Shown here in pieces: positions 33,401 to 42,737 of a stretch of 64,000 nt of DNA. The position numbers were made by a program, and so were the translations under genes. Where the stretch lies: positions 128,001 to 192,000 of the forward strand of contig CAVOXA010000010.1 in assembly GCA_963700285.1 (NCBI GenBank). Reading direction: 5' to 3'. The DNA is from an uncultured Chloroflexia bacterium. GTDB lineage: Bacteria; Chloroflexota; Anaerolineae; JAAYZQ01. The notes beneath the pieces are model-generated. The model saw nothing but the letters and a program-made list of their open reading frames with translations. It was not told the DNA's origin and searched no databases. Within the stretch, counting starts at the first letter, position 1, and every line of letters begins with the position of its first letter.

Positions 33401-34321
33401 CTTGCCCACGCCTGCTTCGCCACAGATGAACACCAGGCTTCCTCGCCCAGATTCAGCCCGTTGCCAGCAGGACTGCAGAAGCTCAGTCTCGCATTCCCTG
33501 CCTACCAGCCTGCTGGGCGCGATGGCATCGAGGGGGTTGCGACCATAAGGTGGGGGGTGGATGCCCCTTCCCCCCACACCCGAGGCTGCCCCTGTAGAGC
33601 GCCCCAAGACGGTACGTCCCTCAAGGATGGCGCGGTAGAGATCGATGGTCTCGACCATCGGTTTCGTACCCAACTCTGCCTGTACCACCTCAAAGCACCG
33701 GTGGTACTGCTCCAGCGCTGCGTTTCGCTGCCCCAACCAGTAATAGACACGCATGGCCAGACGGTGCGCGTCTTCCCGCAGGGGGTCACGCTGCAGCAGC
33801 CGCAGGGCTGTGGACAGCGCTCCACCTTGCTCACCGCTCGCCTCTTGAGAGACCATCAACCGCGCCAGCGCATCGGCATACAGGTACTCGAGGCGGTAGC
33901 GCTCATTGAGGATCCAGTCGTCGTACAGGCCATCCAGAAAATCGCTGCGGTAGAGCGTCACGCCCGACGCGAGGCGATGGGTATCGTTGTAAGCGATCTG
34001 TGACTCGAATTCGGCCACGTCGAGCCAGAGGTTGACTTGAGGATCAAACTGGACGGTGTGAGAATCGCCCAGGATGGCCTCCTCGTCAGGAAGGCAGCGG
34101 CGAATGTGCCATAGGGAATTGGCCAGGGAGTGGCGAGCTTTATGCTCCGGACGGTCTCCCCAGAAAAAGCCTGCCAGCCGCGCGCGTGGCTGGGGCTGGT
34201 GGCGATGGCAGACCAGGTAGGCTAGCAGGGATCGGGACTTGAGCGTGGGCGGCTTGGGCAATGGCTGGTCGCCATAGCGGATGTCCAGCGTGCCCAGGAA
34301 GTAGAATTGCAGCACAGGCAT
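30488..34321 (-). CDS. SARP wHTH/BTAD + STAND ATPase + TPR + OppA-like (SBP_bac_5) fusion regulator
   Basis: LLAYL...FWGD, LYRSDFLDG, DPLREDAHR (BTAD); GEAGVGKT, VEDLHWA, EGNPFF (NTPase); LDPA, LFSGL, RWSDGVPVTARDF, NGPFRL, PPFDDVRVRRA (SBP5). Confidence 0.88.
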   Translation of the reverse strand: MPVLQFYFLGTLDIRYGDQPLPKPPTLKSRSLLAYLVCHRHQPQPRARLAGFFWGDRPEHKARHSLANSLWHIRRCLPDEEAILGDSHTVQFDPQVNLWLDVAEFESQIAYNDTHRLASGVTLYRSDFLDGLYDDWILNERYRLEYLYADALARLMVSQEASGEQGGALSTALRLLQRDPLREDAHRLAMRVYYWLGQRNAALEQYHRCFEVVQAELGTKPMVETIDLYRAILEGRTVLGRSTGAASGVGGRGIHPPPYGRNPLDAIAPSRLVGRECETELLQSCWQRAESGRGSLVFICGEAGVGKTRLTEELAQQLRWRGGRVLWGRCYEFERLLPYQPISEALHTLLPNLTPAELAGLAPRIVAGVARLVPEILEQTTRLEVPDTADSTHEQAYLFEGVTGLLSHLASPQALLLVVEDLHWASESTLQLLHYLARQLADQKIVLVVTLRPEAVGRRHPLHALQRRLSQEGRTLLLRLPRLALEAVETMVVEMSGAGEAVVPLARRLFRETEGNPFFLMEIVKTLFEAGFVRLEKGRWRGNFAQVSEEALPLPTSLSEAIEARVDSLDDGAREVLCLAAILGRELDFDLLNEVWGRGTEATLEALDVLLRRRLLDEGRGAMTRDYAFTHHKIQEVVYAGIPRRRRQHAHGRAGAAMERLYGTTQTEALAGELAYHFEQGRELDRALAQKAVAYLLQAGDRARGLYAHREAIDYYRRALVLLQEQEDDGRAARTLMSLGLTHHNAFDFRKAREVYEEGFALWQRAASMARVIPLTPAPHALRTHWTDAATRLDPAFADAQGSIELVQQLFSGLVTLSPEMDVLPDVARTWKVLDGGCRYIFNLRDDVRWSDGVPVTARDFEYAWKRALDPATGSTVANLLYDVKGAQPFHRGEASDPDRVGVRALDNSTLEVELEGPTGYFLYLLANPVTLPVPRHVVERLGKAWTEEGNTVTNGPFRLESWHPGERIILSRHPAYHGRFGGNVQRVELTLLLEMETSAALERYEADQLDILNLARLSPAEMDAARRAHPREYVRVPRLSTSYVGFDVRRPPFDDVRVRRAFALATEKETLADVILRGYDLPATGGFVPPGMPGHSFGIGLPYRPDRAGDLLAEAGFPGGRGFPAVEAMGLPGLLPHLQYLQARWKELLGVELSWQVVEGETWWGWMLGDPPQMLAAGWLADYPDPDSFLRTSTIPWCIGWGDRSCERLIEAARRVTDQPERMRLYGQAEKNLIEEVRILPLTYVSIHRLVKPWVSRYSISTMATPPWKDVVIEPH

Positions 34322-34562
34322 TGAAACCACCCCGCACGACGCAAATTCCGGCCATGGGCTAGCTTGAAGGGAATCATTGACAGGCCGCTTTGGTATTATA
34401 ACGGAGAATGCGCGACGGGTCAATGAGCGGCCACCACCCACCACCTCGTCGGCCCCGGACGTTCGCTCAGCGTCTCATACATCAACGGTCCGGCGTCACT
34501 GAAACAGGCTGGGACCAGGACAATGGGCCCGCCTACTCTCGAGTGCCTTTGCGAACCCCTTC

Positions 34563-35591
34563 TCACCATCGCCCTTTGCGAGCAACCACCTTGCGCACAG
34601 CCTCGGCGATGTGCGGCGCCGTCAGACCATATTTGTCTATGACCTCCAAATAGGGCCCCGACTCGGCAAAGGTATCGCGGACCCCAATACGCTCCATCGG
34701 GATCGGCAGGTTTTCTACCAGGACTTCGGCCACCGCACTGCCCAACCCACCAAAGATGACATTGTTCTCGGCGGTGACGATGGCGCCCGTCTCACGAGCC
34801 GCCTGAAGGATGGTGCCCTCATCCAGCGGCTTCAGCGTGTGGCAGTCGATGACACGCACACTCAGCCCCTCGCCAGCCAGACGCTCGGCAGCAACCAAGG
34901 CATGGGCCACCAGATCGCGCAGGGCGACGATGGTGACGTCTGTACCATCCCGGATCACCACCGCTTTGCCGATCTCGTAGGGATAATCTTCCGTATACAG
35001 CACCGGAACCGGATCGCGGGTGAAGCTGATATAGACCGGCCCCTCCCAATCCACCATGGCCCAGATGGCCATCTTGGTCGTGACCGAGTCCGAGGGCACG
35101 ATGACGGTCGAGTTGGCGATGGATCGCAGGATGGACAGATCCTCCTGCCCCTGGTGAGTCACACCATCGGGCCCGGGCGTGATCCCACCGTGGCTGGCGG
35201 CGATCTTGACATTCAGGCGCGGATAGTGAATGCTGTTGCGAATCTGGTCCAGGGCCCGCAGGCTGGCGAAAACGGCGTAGGTTGAAACAAAGGGAATCAG
35301 GCCGGTTGTGGCCATCCCCGCAGCCGCGGCCATCATGTTCTGCTCGGCCACACCAAAATTGAACCATCTTTCCGGGTACTTTGCACCAAAGCGCCAGGTC
35401 TTGATCGATTTAGCCACGTCGGCGTCGAGCAGAACCACATCCTTGTTCTGTTCCCCGACTTCCAGGATGACCTCGGCGTAGGCATAGCGGGTCGGCTGCC
35501 TCTCCACGCCTGCAAAGGGATCGTCCAAAGGCAGTCTCTCGACAATCTCCGGGCGGACATGGTGGTAAGGCGATGCAGTAGCGTCCATCAT
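34563..35591 (-). CDS. Transketolase, C-terminal subunit
   Basis: FGVAEQNM, DQIR, GPDGVTHQ, TLKPLD, GGLGSAVAE. Confidence 0.9.
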   Translation of the reverse strand: MMDATASPYHHVRPEIVERLPLDDPFAGVERQPTRYAYAEVILEVGEQNKDVVLLDADVAKSIKTWRFGAKYPERWFNFGVAEQNMMAAAAGMATTGLIPFVSTYAVFASLRALDQIRNSIHYPRLNVKIAASHGGITPGPDGVTHQGQEDLSILRSIANSTVIVPSDSVTTKMAIWAMVDWEGPVYISFTRDPVPVLYTEDYPYEIGKAVVIRDGTDVTIVALRDLVAHALVAAERLAGEGLSVRVIDCHTLKPLDEGTILQAARETGAIVTAENNVIFGGLGSAVAEVLVENLPIPMERIGVRDTFAESGPYLEVIDKYGLTAPHIAEAVRKVVARKGRW

Positions 35592-36430
35592 TCTGTCCCT
35601 CCCCGAATCTCTTGCAGTGCCTGTACAGCTTCTTCGTCACAGGGCGCTGCGCCATGCCACTTGGGCTGGTTCTCCATGAAGGATACGCCCTTGCCCTTGA
35701 CCGTATGGGCGATGATGGCTGTGGGGATACCCTTGATCGTCTTGGCCTTCTCCAGGGCCTCCACCACTTGGGACATATCGTGTCCGTCGATCTCGATCAC
35801 GTTCCAGCTAAATGCCCTCCACTTGTCTGGCAGGGGGTCTACGGGCATCACATCATCGACAAAAGTGTCATTCTGCAGCCCGTTCTTGTCGACGATAACG
35901 GTCAGATTATCCAGCTTCCACTTGGCGCCGGACATGGCGGCCTCCCAGATCGCCCCCTCCTGCGATTCACCGTCGCCAACCATGACCCAGACGTGGTAGC
36001 CCTTTTTACGCAGCTTGCCGCTCAGCGCCATGCCGATGCCGGCCGAAAAGCCCTGGCCCAGCGAGCCCACCGTCATGTCCACCCCCGGCGTCTTGCGCAT
36101 GTCGGCATGCCCCTGCAGAATGCTGTTCAGCTTGCGCAAGGTCTTGAGATGCGCCTTGTCATAGAAGCCCCGCTCGGCCAGCGCAGCATACCATACCGGG
36201 CAAGCGTGACCCTTGGACAGGATAAAGCGGTCCCGATCCGGCCAGTCCGGGTTCCCGGGATCGACGTTCATCAGCCGAAAATAAAGAGCAGTGACAATGT
36301 CCGCGGCCGACAGCGAGCCGCCCGGATGTCCGGCATTTGCCTCGTGGATCATGTTGATGATGTCACAGCGGATCGTGGCGGCCATCGTCTCTAGTTCTTC
36401 AACCGACATGGGAATCTGCTCATTGACCAT
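35588..36430 (-). CDS. Transketolase, N-terminal (TPP-binding) subunit
   Basis: GHPGGSLS, DRFILSKGH, GSLGQG, GDGE..EG..WEA, KGKG. Confidence 0.92.
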   Translation of the reverse strand: MVNEQIPMSVEELETMAATIRCDIINMIHEANAGHPGGSLSAADIVTALYFRLMNVDPGNPDWPDRDRFILSKGHACPVWYAALAERGFYDKAHLKTLRKLNSILQGHADMRKTPGVDMTVGSLGQGFSAGIGMALSGKLRKKGYHVWVMVGDGESQEGAIWEAAMSGAKWKLDNLTVIVDKNGLQNDTFVDDVMPVDPLPDKWRAFSWNVIEIDGHDMSQVVEALEKAKTIKGIPTAIIAHTVKGKGVSFMENQPKWHGAAPCDEEAVQALQEIRGGTE

Positions 36431-36597
36431 AAGCGCTCCTACCAAACCTCCGTTGTGGCTTGCAGGTTAGGAAAAGGAAAGGACGACACAGGTGATACGC
36501 ATATTGCCCGCAGGCGCAGATCTTTTTGCACAACCACATACGGATATAGCACAGGATAGGGAGACTGTCAAGGTCTCAATCGTGAGATCGTGTCCTG

Positions 36598-36626
36598 TTG
36601 TCAACTACCGGTTTTTGCAGTATAAT
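36598..36626 (+). promoter_or_regulatory. Sigma70-type promoter
   Basis: TTGTCA-17 bp-TATAAT upstream of the TspO-like gene. Confidence 0.6.
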
Positions 36627-36689
36627 GGTAGCAATCAAGACCCCTGCCTTATCGCTGAGGCGGCCGCATAGAGAAAGGAGACTTTGCAG

Positions 36690-37493
36690 ATGAAAGACAT
36701 TCTACGACAGGTACTCGTTCTACTATCCACCATTGGCGTCCTTGTGACCAACGGTCTGGCCAGTACCCTGCCCCTCAACAACCAGACCACGGGCCAGATC
36801 TCGGACCGTTTCGACGTTTATTTCGTGCCGGCGGGATACGTTTTCGCCATCTGGGGCCTGATCTACCTGGCTCTCATCGCCTATTCGCTCTACCAATTGC
36901 TGCCCTCCCAGCGGGAGAATCCGAGGCAGCGCAGCACGGGCTGGCTCTACGTTCTGAGCTGCATCGCCAACATCACCTGGCTTTTTCTCTGGCACTATGA
37001 ATACTTTGCCCTCACATTGGTGGCCATGGTAGCGCTGTTGCTGCTGCTCATCGCCATCTACCTGCGCCTGGGCACCGGCCGCACGCGCGTTCCAACCACC
37101 GAAACCTGGCTCCTTCGCGTACCCTTTAGCATCTACTTGGGCTGGATCACGGTGGCAACCATCGCCAACGCGACATCCCTGCTGGACTATTTGGGTTGGA
37201 ACGGTTGGCTCCTGAGCCCGGAGGCATGGGCAGCCATCATGCTGGTCGCGGCAGCGCTCATCGCTTCAGCAGTCAGCCTCACCCGGGGCGATATTGCCTA
37301 CGTCCTGGTGATCGTCTGGGCCTATGTCGGCATTGCTATCAAGCACAGCGGCACCCCGCTCGTAGTCATCCTGGCCGGGTTCCTGGCTGGCTTTGTATTG
37401 GCGACGCTGCTGCTGGGTGTGCCCCTGGCTGGGGGGAGGCAAGCGCCCCAACCCTCGGGCGCTGAGGGGCAAGACACCCGAGACCGCTGGTAA
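36690..37493 (+). CDS. TspO/MBR-related tryptophan-rich membrane protein
   Basis: FVPAGYVFAIWGLIY, NITWLFLWH, FSIYLGWITVATIAN motifs. Confidence 0.8.
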   Translation: MKDILRQVLVLLSTIGVLVTNGLASTLPLNNQTTGQISDRFDVYFVPAGYVFAIWGLIYLALIAYSLYQLLPSQRENPRQRSTGWLYVLSCIANITWLFLWHYEYFALTLVAMVALLLLLIAIYLRLGTGRTRVPTTETWLLRVPFSIYLGWITVATIANATSLLDYLGWNGWLLSPEAWAAIMLVAAALIASAVSLTRGDIAYVLVIVWAYVGIAIKHSGTPLVVILAGFLAGFVLATLLLGVPLAGGRQAPQPSGAEGQDTRDRW

Positions 37494-37505
37494 GCCGGGC
37501 CGCAT

Positions 37506-38816
37506 ATGGGCAAGGGCCTTCGCTGGTCACTGTTGCTCCTGGCCGGACTCTTGCTTCTGGGCCTATTCTGGTTTGGTTACAGTGCAGATCCCCAGATAAC
37601 TGCCCTGCGCAACATTGCCAGCTACAAGGTCGTCAAAGCAATCGGCGGGCCGTGGGACCGCACCGGAAAACCGGCCGGCGCCATCGCCGGCCGGGTCCGC
37701 GATGCAGGCGGTGAGCCGGTTCCTGGCGCCGTGGTGCTTGTCTCCTCGCCGCTGGGCCGCAGCTATTCGGCCGATACTGGCCCGGATGGCCAGTACCGTA
37801 TCGACGGTGTATCGCCGGGCCGCTACGTACCGGTCGCTGGCAAACGCGGTTATGACGATGCACTCAACCAGACCTGCCTGGCCGGACTCTGCTACAAGCA
37901 CGGCGTGACCGTCCAGCCAGGCAAAGCCACCGATGGCTACGATCTTGTTTTGGCCCCCGCGCACCCGCCGGAGATTCGTGTGGACAGTTCGCTGGTCGTC
38001 AGTCCCACAACAACCATAACCGTACAAGCTCCCATCCCCAGTTCAGCGCAGCGGACCCGCTTTAGCTTCGAACGAGCTGGCTTGTGGGTGAACGACTGCT
38101 ACCTCTATGAACCATTGGAGGAGGGCGGATCATTCCCGGTCATGTTGCTGGTCTTACCGGGGCCTGTGCTCAGTTGGGAGATCATCCCTGTTCCCTTTGC
38201 CGCCGAGGGATTCAGTGTCCTGGCCTGCTATCCGCTGCGCGGCATCGACCTCGATGAGGATGCGGCCGACCTGCTGACGGCCGTGGAATACCTGCGCCAG
38301 GGGCAGCTGCCTTCTCGCGCCGATCCGGAGCGCCTGGCCCTGGTCGCCGCCAGCTTTACTTCGCTGCACGCCTATCGCCTGCTGGGCTTGACGGATCAGG
38401 TAGACGTAGCCTTGGTGCTCGGCGGCATGGCCGATGGTTTCGCCTTCCACCACGATCTGGAGACGGGTGCGGCCCAGACCCGTCCACCTTTCGGTCAACT
38501 GCACATGGCTCTGGGCCTTCCAGACCGCTCGCCGGAACAGTACTTCAAGTACAGCATTGCCTATCATCTGGAGGGCCTGCCGCCCGCCTGCTTGCTCCAC
38601 GGCACGGCCGATGAACTGGTGCCCCTCTCCCAGAGCGTGCAGTTTGCTGAGGAGCTGGAGCACTGGGGGCTGCCCCACGAACTCTACACCTACGAGGGCC
38701 TATCGCACTACTTTGTGCAAGTTGCTGACGATGCCACTACACTGCAGATGTTCCAGGACGCGCTGGATTGCCTGCGCGGATTCTTGCCCGGGGAGGCGGA
38801 TCAATCAGGACCGTGA
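37506..38816 (+). CDS. Membrane-anchored carboxypeptidase-regulatory-like domain + alpha/beta hydrolase
   Basis: N-terminal TM, GRVRDAGGEPVPGAVV...GQYRI...PGRY, then AASFT, HGTADELVP and GLSHYF. Confidence 0.75.
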   Translation: MGKGLRWSLLLLAGLLLLGLFWFGYSADPQITALRNIASYKVVKAIGGPWDRTGKPAGAIAGRVRDAGGEPVPGAVVLVSSPLGRSYSADTGPDGQYRIDGVSPGRYVPVAGKRGYDDALNQTCLAGLCYKHGVTVQPGKATDGYDLVLAPAHPPEIRVDSSLVVSPTTTITVQAPIPSSAQRTRFSFERAGLWVNDCYLYEPLEEGGSFPVMLLVLPGPVLSWEIIPVPFAAEGFSVLACYPLRGIDLDEDAADLLTAVEYLRQGQLPSRADPERLALVAASFTSLHAYRLLGLTDQVDVALVLGGMADGFAFHHDLETGAAQTRPPFGQLHMALGLPDRSPEQYFKYSIAYHLEGLPPACLLHGTADELVPLSQSVQFAEELEHWGLPHELYTYEGLSHYFVQVADDATTLQMFQDALDCLRGFLPGEADQSGP

Positions 38817-38910
38817 CATACGGAGTCTGTTGGTTGCCCCCAATTGCACCAATCTTCCTAGCCCATCCCGAAATCTTTAGGTCTCTAGATTGTTGCCGTC
38901 GATCGCAACC

Positions 38911-41235
38911 CTACAGGCCCAGCGCCCTATGGCACGCAGTCTCGCCTTTGCCCGGCTGCAAGTCATGGCCCAGCAAAACCCGCTCAAGCGTGAGAGGAAG
39001 CTGGTGATGGCGGATGCCGGTCGCGTGAAATACCGCGTTGGCCAGGGCTGGAGCCGTCCCAACAAGAACTGGCTCGGCCAAGTTCTTGGCTCCATATGGC
39101 CCCTCCGGAAAATTGGTCTCGATGAACGTTGCCTCGATCTCTGGCACGTCTAACGCCGTCGGGATCAGGTAGGTGTCATAGTTCAGTGACTGGGGATAGC
39201 CGTCTTGGTAGTTCATCTCCTCCAGCAAACCATAGCCCATTCCCTGGGCGATACCTCCGTACATCTGACCATAGGCACCCTGAGGATAGATAATCGTGCC
39301 GCCGTCGTGGGCTGCCCAGACTTTGGACACCGTAACCTGTCCGATAGGCAGATCAACTTCAACTTCGACCACATGCGCTCCAAAAGTATAGCAGTAGTAA
39401 GGGGTACCGGTGCCGGTCTCTTCATGCCACTCGATGTGAGGCATGCTCCATTTGCCCTGCACTGACAAGGTCAGCCCCATCTGACGCGCCCTGTCCACGA
39501 CTTGCTCAAAGGGCAGTTCATCTTCGTCAGGATTGACGTACAGCTCGCCATGGCGAGTCACTTGAGCTGGAGTACAATCGAGGGCATCAGCGGCGGCATA
39601 GCGCAACAGCCTGTCCAACTTTTCGGCTGCAACCCGAGCAGCGTTGCCGCCCAACATGGAAGCTCGCGAGGCAACTGTGGGTCCTGATTCGATGGCCGTA
39701 TCGGTGTCTGGCCTCAGAACGCGGATGCGAGCCGGTTCCACACCCAGAGTTTCGGCCGCGATCAAGGCAAAGACAGTACGACTACCTTGACCATAGTCGG
39801 TCAAGCCCGAGGTCAAGGTGACGCGGCAATCGTCCCCAATTCGCAGCGTTGTGTTGGCATAATCTGCACCTTCACCGCCCAAACTGCTGCCATGCATGTA
39901 GCAAGCGACTCCAATGCCCTTTCGCACCTCGCCTCTCAACAATGGAAACTCCCTGCGCTTGCGTTTCCAGTCAGACTTGTCCCGCACCCACTCGAGGCAT
40001 TCGGCCAGCTTGACCTCATGGTCGACGACGTTGCCCGACATAAAGCGGTCGCCTTGCCGGACACAGTTTTGCAGTCGAAAATCAATGGGATCGCGGTCCA
40101 ATCTGTGGGCCAGGTCATCCATAGCCTGTTCCACCGCGGCGGCGGCATCTGTGTTGCCAAACCCACGAAAAGCGCCACAGAAGCCGTTGTTGGTATAGAC
40201 CGTGGTTGTATCGACGTGAACCGCCTGGTACCGGTAAGCACCAGCGGCATGCAAAGATGCCCTGAGCATGGCCAATGTTGTCATAGAGCTGTAGCAGCCA
40301 CTGTCGGCCAGCATGTCGACTTTTGCTGCCTGCAAGTTGCCATCTTGATCGGCGCCGATGCGAAACTGGATCGACATCGGCTCGCGCTTGTACGAGGCCA
40401 TCATCGATTCCTCTCGACCCAGCACCAGCCTGACCGGTCGCCCTGACTTGAGAGCCAGCGCCGCTACCTGCCCCGATGTTTGGTAGCCAACATCATCCTT
40501 CCCGCCAAAAGAGCCGCCAACCTGGGGCGTGATGATGCGCACTTTTTCAGAAGGCAGTCCCAACACAGTGCACATATGCGTGTGGTTGATAAAGGGGCTC
40601 TGCCCATTATACCGTATGGTGACACTGCCATCAGGATGGGGAATGGCCAACGCTGCCTCAGGTTCCAGGTATGCGTGCTCTTGACGGCCGGTACGGAAAG
40701 TTTCTTCGTACAGCACAGGGCTTTGCTCCAGTATGGGTTCCGGATCCCCATAGCGGACGATATGCTTCGCGCAAAAGTTGCCCTGTTCAGAAACAGGAAC
40801 GAGCGGGACCTGGGGCGCGTCCGGTGCCAGGGCCTGTTCCGGATCAAAGACGCCGGGCAGCTCTTCCAGCTCCAACTCGATGGCATCGACCCCGGCCCGG
40901 GCCGCGGCCGCCGTCTCCGCGGCGACTGCGGCAATCGCATTGCCCACATAGAGCACCTTCTGGTAGGCCAGTACATACTGGTCCTTGATGGGCCAGCCCC
41001 ACAGACTGTGCTCCACAAAGTCGTCCGAGGTAATGACAGCTACCACGCCTGGCACTTGCAGGGCTGGTTCGACATCCAAACGCACGATTTTGGCATGAGG
41101 CACCGGGCTGCGCAGCACCTTTGTATGGAGCATGTCGGGCAGCTGAATATCACCCACATACCGGATTGTGCCCATCATCTTTTCCAGACCATCGACACCA
41201 TCAGCGGGCCGGCCTACGTACTTGAGCGTCGTCAT
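38911..41235 (-). CDS. Xanthine dehydrogenase-family molybdenum-binding subunit
   Basis: RSPVPHA, EHAYLEPE, VGGSFGGK, GAFRGFG, GQG, ASR, GAKNLAE. Confidence 0.92.
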   Translation of the reverse strand: MTTLKYVGRPADGVDGLEKMMGTIRYVGDIQLPDMLHTKVLRSPVPHAKIVRLDVEPALQVPGVVAVITSDDFVEHSLWGWPIKDQYVLAYQKVLYVGNAIAAVAAETAAAARAGVDAIELELEELPGVFDPEQALAPDAPQVPLVPVSEQGNFCAKHIVRYGDPEPILEQSPVLYEETFRTGRQEHAYLEPEAALAIPHPDGSVTIRYNGQSPFINHTHMCTVLGLPSEKVRIITPQVGGSFGGKDDVGYQTSGQVAALALKSGRPVRLVLGREESMMASYKREPMSIQFRIGADQDGNLQAAKVDMLADSGCYSSMTTLAMLRASLHAAGAYRYQAVHVDTTTVYTNNGFCGAFRGFGNTDAAAAVEQAMDDLAHRLDRDPIDFRLQNCVRQGDRFMSGNVVDHEVKLAECLEWVRDKSDWKRKRREFPLLRGEVRKGIGVACYMHGSSLGGEGADYANTTLRIGDDCRVTLTSGLTDYGQGSRTVFALIAAETLGVEPARIRVLRPDTDTAIESGPTVASRASMLGGNAARVAAEKLDRLLRYAAADALDCTPAQVTRHGELYVNPDEDELPFEQVVDRARQMGLTLSVQGKWSMPHIEWHEETGTGTPYYCYTFGAHVVEVEVDLPIGQVTVSKVWAAHDGGTIIYPQGAYGQMYGGIAQGMGYGLLEEMNYQDGYPQSLNYDTYLIPTALDVPEIEATFIETNFPEGPYGAKNLAEPVLVGTAPALANAVFHATGIRHHQLPLTLERVLLGHDLQPGKGETACHRALGL

Positions 41236-41717
41236 ACTTCCCTCCTGCCACCGGCCCGCCGCCGGGCTGCGGTTGTCTCCACGGCGTCGACAATCTGTTG
41301 ATAGCCAGTGCACCGGCACAGGGTGCCAGAAATCCCATCCCGTATCTCCTCACGGGTGGGATGCTTGTTCTGCGCCAAAAACGCCTCGGCGGCCATAATC
41401 ATGCCCGGCGTACAATAGCCGCACTGCACAGCACCGAATTCCTGAAAGGCCAGTTGTAGGTCATTCGGTCCACCATCGGCGCCACGAATCCCCTCGATGG
41501 TCGTCACGGCTCGGTCGCCGACCTGGGGCGCCAGAAGCTGGCACGAGTTTACGACTTGGCCGTCCAGTAGCACCGCGCAGGCACCACATTCGCCCACCTC
41601 ACAGCCTGGTTTGGGGCCGGTCAGGCCCAAGTATTCTCTCAGGAGTTGAAGCAAGCTGATACTGGCTGGCGCCTCCACTTCCACCGGGTTGCCGTTCAAC
41701 GTGAAACTTATCTTCAT
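41232..41717 (-). CDS. XDH-family 2Fe-2S subunit
   Basis: GCEVGECGAC, QCGYCTPG, CRCTGY. Confidence 0.93.
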   Translation of the reverse strand: MKISFTLNGNPVEVEAPASISLLQLLREYLGLTGPKPGCEVGECGACAVLLDGQVVNSCQLLAPQVGDRAVTTIEGIRGADGGPNDLQLAFQEFGAVQCGYCTPGMIMAAEAFLAQNKHPTREEIRDGISGTLCRCTGYQQIVDAVETTAARRRAGGRREV

Positions 41718-42568
41718 GCTTGCAGTACCTCATTCAATGCGCGCACGGTGAGCGCCGCGATGGCCCGTTCCTTGTATGGCGCCGACCAGCGCCCTCCTGA
41801 TTCTGCCATGAATAGCTCAGCCATGCGCTGCCCCGCCGCCTGTATCCGTTGTGCGGAAGGTCGTTGGCCCCAGAGCATCTCTTCGACGGCGGTTGCTCGC
41901 TGGAACCGGGCAAAGGCTGCTCCGGGCACCAGCCGAATCAGGACAACCTGGTTTTTGTTATCCAGCATGCCCATGGCCGCTACCGAAAGCCGGGCGATCG
42001 ACATTGCCCGGCGGCGGCCGATGCGCTGAAAGGCCGATCGGCTCCCTGCCGGCGCTACATCGAAAACGAACGCTTCGACCAAGCTGTCGCTGGAAAGCCC
42101 AGTTCGGTTCACACCGGTGACTAGATCGGCCACGGGAACCAGGTTCTCACCTGAACCGCTGACCACGACAGCACTGGCGCCCATGCAGACCAACGCTGGC
42201 AGCGTGTCGGCGCAGGCCGCTGCATTGACGACGTTTCCGCCTACGGTGGCAATGTTGCGGATCTGGGGGCTGCCGATTTGGCGACAAGCCTGGACCAGGA
42301 GAGGCGCCCTTTCCTGCAATCCTGGGTGGGCTGCGACCTCGGCGTGGGTTACCGCTGCGCCGATACGCACCTCGCCATCAACTTGGATGGCCCGAAGCTC
42401 CGGAACGTGTCCCACGTCCACCACTCTGTCACAGGAGCTCTCGCCGCTACGGAATTGGTTGACCAAGTCGGTGCCTCCAGCCAGAATGCGGCTTCTCAGG
42501 CCGGGCTCGCCGAGATAATCCACGGCCTCACGCAGGCTATGCGCACGTACGTACTCGAAATCTCCCAT
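41714..42568 (-). CDS. XDH-family FAD-binding subunit
   Basis: LAGGTDL, IGSPQIRNIATVGGN. Confidence 0.92.
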   Translation of the reverse strand: MGDFEYVRAHSLREAVDYLGEPGLRSRILAGGTDLVNQFRSGESSCDRVVDVGHVPELRAIQVDGEVRIGAAVTHAEVAAHPGLQERAPLLVQACRQIGSPQIRNIATVGGNVVNAAACADTLPALVCMGASAVVVSGSGENLVPVADLVTGVNRTGLSSDSLVEAFVFDVAPAGSRSAFQRIGRRRAMSIARLSVAAMGMLDNKNQVVLIRLVPGAAFARFQRATAVEEMLWGQRPSAQRIQAAGQRMAELFMAESGGRWSAPYKERAIAALTVRALNEVLQA

Positions 42569-42630
42569 ACTTTGATCTCCCTATTAACCGGAAGGCTGCA
42601 CAAGTGGCGGCTCACGGTCGATGAATAACA

Positions 42631-42658
42631 CCTCAGACTGGTTGCCTCCAGTCTGAGG
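42631..42658. terminator. Intergenic hairpin between the AKR and XDH genes
   Basis: CCTCAGACTGG-TTGCCT-CCAGTCTGAGG. Confidence 0.5.
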
Positions 42659-42737
42659 CCAAACAGGGTCAGCGCGAGATCGGTGACTCCAAGCCCGCAA
42701 CTACAATACCCAGTTTAGGTGGATTTGTCTCCCACTG

